A stretch of DNA of 64,000 nt from Salpingoeca rosetta (lineage: Eukaryota > Protista > Choanoflagellata): assembly GCA_033442325.1 (NCBI GenBank), contig JAWQFM010000020.1:201322-265321 (forward strand). The letters are read 5' to 3'. This document shows positions 59,160 through 64,000 of the stretch, in pieces (within the stretch, counting starts at the first letter, position 1; every line of letters begins with the position of its first letter). Both the position numbers and the translations under genes were made by a program. The notes below the pieces were generated by a model, which was given only the letters and a program-made list of their open reading frames with translations, was not told where the DNA came from and searched no databases.

Positions 59160-60934
59160 CTACACGGCACGGCACATGGCAGAGAACGACTTGAGGAGGG
59201 AGGTGAGCTGTCCGATGCTGTCAAGTTGAAACATCTGTTGGAGTAACGACTCCTTGACGTCCTCTCGCACGCTGACGGGCAGAGCGGCCACAATCGCCGG
59301 CAGCACCTGTTGCAGGATCGTCGAGAAGTTCTATACACCCGCTCATGTAGTCGTGTGTGAGAGAATGTGTGTGTGTTGTGAGTATGTGTGTGCGTGTGCG
59401 TGTATGTGGGAGAAAGTGCGCGAATGCAAGAACCATATGTTGTCTTACTTGCAACTGCAAACAACAACACGTGTACAGAAACTCAGACACCAAGCACACA
59501 CACTCATGCACACATGCACACATGCACACACACACACACACATGAACACACGCTCTCACCAGCTGGAAGGTGCCGATACACCGCGCAATATCCGGGACAC
59601 AGATGGCCGGCGCAGATGTGCACATGGACTGCATGCATGTCTCCACGCATATGTGGCCCACGCCCTTCTCCCCCAAGATGTCTTCGGCCGCGGCGGGCGA
59701 CTTGGCGAGCATACGCAGCAGCTCCACAATGGCGTTGCATGCCTGCTTCACCACGTGTGGCTCCTGCAGCATCAGCGCCGCTATCGACCACTGCGTCATT
59801 GTCAGCACCAGCGGCACGGGCCTGCTCAGCGCAGCCTCGCTCAGAAACACATCTTCGCCAAGCGTGCGCAGCATGCGGCACACGAGGCGAAAGTACCCTG
59901 CTGTTGCATCTGGGCTCTCCACGTGTTGTCCGGCCTCAAACCAACCAACAACGCCGCCGTGGACCTTGCGAAACACATCCAGAAACATGGCTGTGTGCGC
60001 CTCGTCACGCCCGTACACGCTGATGCTGCTGGTGAGCAGATCCACCAAGCACGCGTGCTGCGACTCAACAAACCCCGAGCCGACAGCAGGGGCAAGCATG
60101 CCGATGTTGGTGTCGAGGAGGTGAACATTCACGCGCATGCAGTTCATCAGCATGTCGCACAGCGCCTGCATGAGGGGCTCGTCCGATGAATGGCGAAGAA
60201 TGAGCTGAACACTCAGCGCCGACACCTTGGAAATCAACTGCCGTAATCTCAGACTCTGCAAATGATTTGGTGACAAGGAAAGGAAAGGGGAGGGAGTTGT
60301 AGGAGAGCAGTGGTGTTGGTGTGGAGTGAGTTCAGGTGACTGGTGCTCTCGCTGTGCATGTGCGTGAGTGAGTGAGTGAGTGAGTGAGTGAGTGAGTGAG
60401 TGAGTGAGTGAGTAAGTGAGTGAGTGAGTGAGTGAGTGAGTGAGTGTGTGTGTGTGTGTGTGGCTCCATCAAGGGTCACCTCTTCTTTGATACGAAGAAA
60501 CCGAATGGCGTGGCCGAGCACGCGAATGTCACTCGCTGCAGATGGAGAGCAATGTTGGGCAGTGCGGACGAGCGTGTTAAAGAAGCAAAACAAAGGGAAG
60601 AAGAGAAGGAAGCAAGCAAGGAAGGAGCAAAGAGTAAACGTGAATACTGTGAGCAGCACATGCGCAAGCAAGCGAGCAAGTAACAAACCTGCACACTTGA
60701 GTTGTGTCGGCTGGAGAGCTGCTTGTGCTGTGCACGCACAGTTGTCAATCTCCTCCAGTTCTCGTTGCAGTGTGTTCTGGAGCTGTGGCCCGCACAACGA
60801 ATCACTTGTGTGAGGCAACAGCGCTGAGTGACACGCACACGCATGAACGTTACAGAAGGATGGAGAGAGCGAGAGAGATAGACAAAGAGAGAGAGAGAGA
60901 GACAGACAGAGACAGAGACAGAGAGAGAGACAGA

Positions 60935-60978
<44 letters not shown>

Positions 60979-60993
60979 ACGAGAGAGAGAGAC

Positions 60994-61026
<33 letters not shown>

Positions 61027-61101
61027 CAGAGAGAGAGACAGAGAGAGACAGAGACAGAGAGAGAGAGACAGAGAGAGAGAGACAGAGACAGAGAGAGAGA
61101 C

Positions 61102-61132
<31 letters not shown>

Positions 61133-61151
61133 CAGAGACAGAGAGAGAGAC

Positions 61152-61204
<53 letters not shown>

Positions 61205-61210
61205 CAGAGA

Positions 61211-61241
<31 letters not shown>

Positions 61242-62483
61242 GACACACACGCAGACACGAACACAGACACAAACACACATGCATACATACACACAGAGAT
61301 CCACAGACAGATACAGCAGGTGCCTTTGACCGACCAGATCGACGGCGCGGTCGAGATTTGTCTTGCGGGAGATGAGGACGAGTCCCTCTGCCACCAGCGC
61401 CCGGCTCTCAGTGCTCAGACCATGACTTGCAGCATCCCTGAAGCACGCATGGGATGTGAGTACTCAACGCGCACATGAATTTACATGCGTGTAAAGTATG
61501 AGTAAAACCACGAGTGTTTGGTCAAAAGCACGCACGTATAACTTTTCTCATCTCCTACTCCTCCTGCTCCTGCTCCTGCTCCTCATCATCATCATCATCA
61601 TCATCAGAAAGACCAAAACACGCCTGTCTTGCGGCACCTGTATGCAAGGTTGATGCTGTTGACATATGGGAGGAGGAGATCATCGCATCCTTCGCAGAGA
61701 TCCCGAAACGCTTCGGCGCCCGCGTCAGCCTCCGTCTGCAGCGTTCGTCTGCACACACGCGGAATGCACATCAAGAAGAATTGGAGGGGGAAATGAATGG
61801 GTGTGGGTCGATCCCAACACACATGAACACACACGAACACACACACACACACGCACACACACACACGCACACACACACACACACACACAAACAAACAAAC
61901 AAACAAACAAACACACACACACACACAAACAAACAAACAAACAAACACACACAAACAAACAAACACACACACACACACATACCCCTACCTTGCATCTGGT
62001 GTCCAGTTGCCGCCGGTATCACGGGAAACAACACCTGTCCGCGGCTGCGGCGTCACGGTCAGAAGATTCTTCAGAATGATATCTGGTGCACACACAACCA
62101 AGCAAGCAAAAACATTGGAGAGGCGCGTTCAGTCGTGACCTGTGAGCTGAAGTAAACGTCGGACGACTGCACGTCCTTTCGAGTGAGTGTGCGGGGCGCG
62201 AGAGAACGTGCAGAAGGACTGAAATCAAGAGGATATAACTGTGCGTGTGTGTGTATGTAGCGACGGTACCGAGCATGGTGGTGACTTGGTCTGGTCTGTT
62301 GCGCAACCACGCCCCAAGCGCGCCAGCAACGCGCACACTCGCGATGGAGATGAACTGAAAGAGCAGCGAGAGAAGCAAGAGAATAGATAAGGCGTGATGT
62401 AGTGCGGAGCAGATGAGTGGAAATGCGTTGACAAAGGCAGGCACACACACGCACACGCACAAAAGCAGACATATACACACATA

Positions 62484-62548
<65 letters not shown>

Positions 62549-64000
62549 GGCAGTGACCTTGTTCGGCGGGAGGGACTCGAGCATGGCAACAATACGGGGC
62601 ATGTGCTCGTCGTCAGCGGCCGGCGAGAATGTGGCGGCGCGGTAGATGCACGTCAATGACGACTCAACAGAGAGCCAGTTGTCGTCGCGCAGCCCGGCCT
62701 CAAGCAGCTCCGCCAGGACCTGGCGCAGGGGCGACACAAGGGTGTCGTGTGGTGCGATGAAGTGGTGGTGTGAAGTTGGGGGTGAGAATGGAAGCATTGG
62801 TTGTATAACTGAGTGCGTGCTTGCACGTGTGTAGTGTGAGCCGAAATGTTTGTGTGGCCCGAGCTGGCTGGCGCACGTACATGGTGAAAATCAAAATATA
62901 AACAGCACAATACGCACGCACACGCACCTGCACGCAATTCAACGTTGTGAAGCACGAGATGAACATGATCACGTTTCCAGCTTCGTGTCTGTATTCTGGA
63001 CACAGGTACGGCGGCAGGAGAATGTGTTGTGTGTGAGGGTGAGCGAGAGAGAAAAAGAGAGCATGTATGTGTGTGTGTGTGCATGAGTGAAGGTCAAATG
63101 CGAATGCCCAGTCAATAACAGCACGCATTCGCGCTCCACACCATCAAGCATGACAACCATCCACACATGTGCACAACTCACTCTCGATGCTCTCCTGGTA
63201 GTGTTCATTGAGCGTTTCGATGGCCGGTGGGTACATCATCTTCCGTTGCAGCACTCGAAGCAGCTGCATGATGTGTGGAAGATACACGCGACGCGTCCGG
63301 TGCCGGGTCTCTGCAGCAATGCCGATGGTGATGGTGGTGATGGTGGTGGTGATGGTGGTACAGGTGAGTGGTTGGGGACTGCGCTCACACATCACACGTC
63401 CGAAACAGTCATCAGCGGTGGATGTAACAGCACAAGCATACACACACACATACACATACACACATACACACACGCACACACACATACGCACACATATTCA
63501 CAGCGCGTGCATGGATGTGCGCACCTCGCTCGAGCTCGACGAATCCCTGCAGGACGCGATACCAGACCTTCAGCGTCAGCTCAGACTGCGTCTCCTGCGT
63601 CCCAAACTGACAACCGCATGTGGTGGTGGTTGGATGGTGATGGTGATGGTTGGATGATGGTGATGGTGGTGATAGTGATGGTGGTGGTGGTTGGATGGTG
63701 ATTGTGGTTGGATGCGGGTGAAGGAAGGAATGGAGGGAGGCGTTGATGTGAGCTCGCAGCTGATTGGAACACACAGATACAATGGCGAATTGACATGGCT
63801 GAGGAACACGATGCATTCATGCAAACACTCACACATAGGCAGACACAGACACAGACACAGACACAGACACACACACACACACACACAGGCACACAACAAC
63901 ATCAGCATCAGCGGCTCTCATTCCATGGTAGTGCCCAGTCAACAGCCCATGGGTGCACGGGCCACACCTGGAGGGGGTGGTCGGTCATGTGGATGAAGAG
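59160..64000 (-). CDS. 3' part of an importin-beta family karyopherin, importin-13/transportin-3-like (5' end lies outside the window)
   Basis: HEAT-like exons: ETQSELTLKVWYRVL, YLPHIMQLLRVLQRKMMYP, YRHEAGNVI, DNWLSVESSL, VAGALGAWLRNRPD, AEAFRDLCEGC, ESPDATAGYFRL, AALMLQEPHVVKQACN. The last exon ends LTSLLKSFSAMCRAV* (TAG at 59160-59162), resembling the importin-13 C-terminus. Confidence 0.75.
60862..61241. repeat. Long (GA)n/(GACAGA)n compound microsatellite in a karyopherin intron
   Basis: About 380 bp of gagagagacagaga units. Confidence 0.95.

Overview
This is eukaryotic, GC-rich, very intron-dense genomic DNA. Its introns are full of (GT)n/(CA)n microsatellites, it has CAA-encoded polyQ tracts, and it contains two 100-N scaffold gaps. 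The style and gene set point to a choanoflagellate, most likely Salpingoeca rosetta (inference). Most ORF-track entries are microsatellite artefacts. Manual splicing gives 12 genes. In order: an unknown SH3b-like/coiled-coil protein (-); a ~1765-aa disordered polyQ/polyP protein (+); an OVCA2/FSH1 serine hydrolase (+); two intronless, atypical bZIP-like paralogues (+) in an otherwise gene-poor ~14 kb stretch; a PSD/EFA6-type Sec7-PH Arf-GEF (-); SPAG6/PF16 (-); TMEM104 (-); an ENTH-UIM protein (+); a CRPPA/ISPD orthologue (-); CTR9 (+); and the 3' part of an importin-13/TNPO3-like karyopherin (-). The top finding is the CRPPA/ISPD orthologue. It splices in frame (11 exons, ~567 aa) into a complete short-chain dehydrogenase/reductase with intact catalytic motifs. 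This is a Bcs1-like bifunctional CDP-ribitol synthase architecture, whereas the matching C-terminal domain of animal ISPD is a degenerate Rossmann-like fold. Second is the duplicated bZIP-like pair, in which both normally invariant basic-region residues are substituted and the zipper register is shifted. Exon boundaries were read by eye and family assignments come from recalled motifs; no database search was run.
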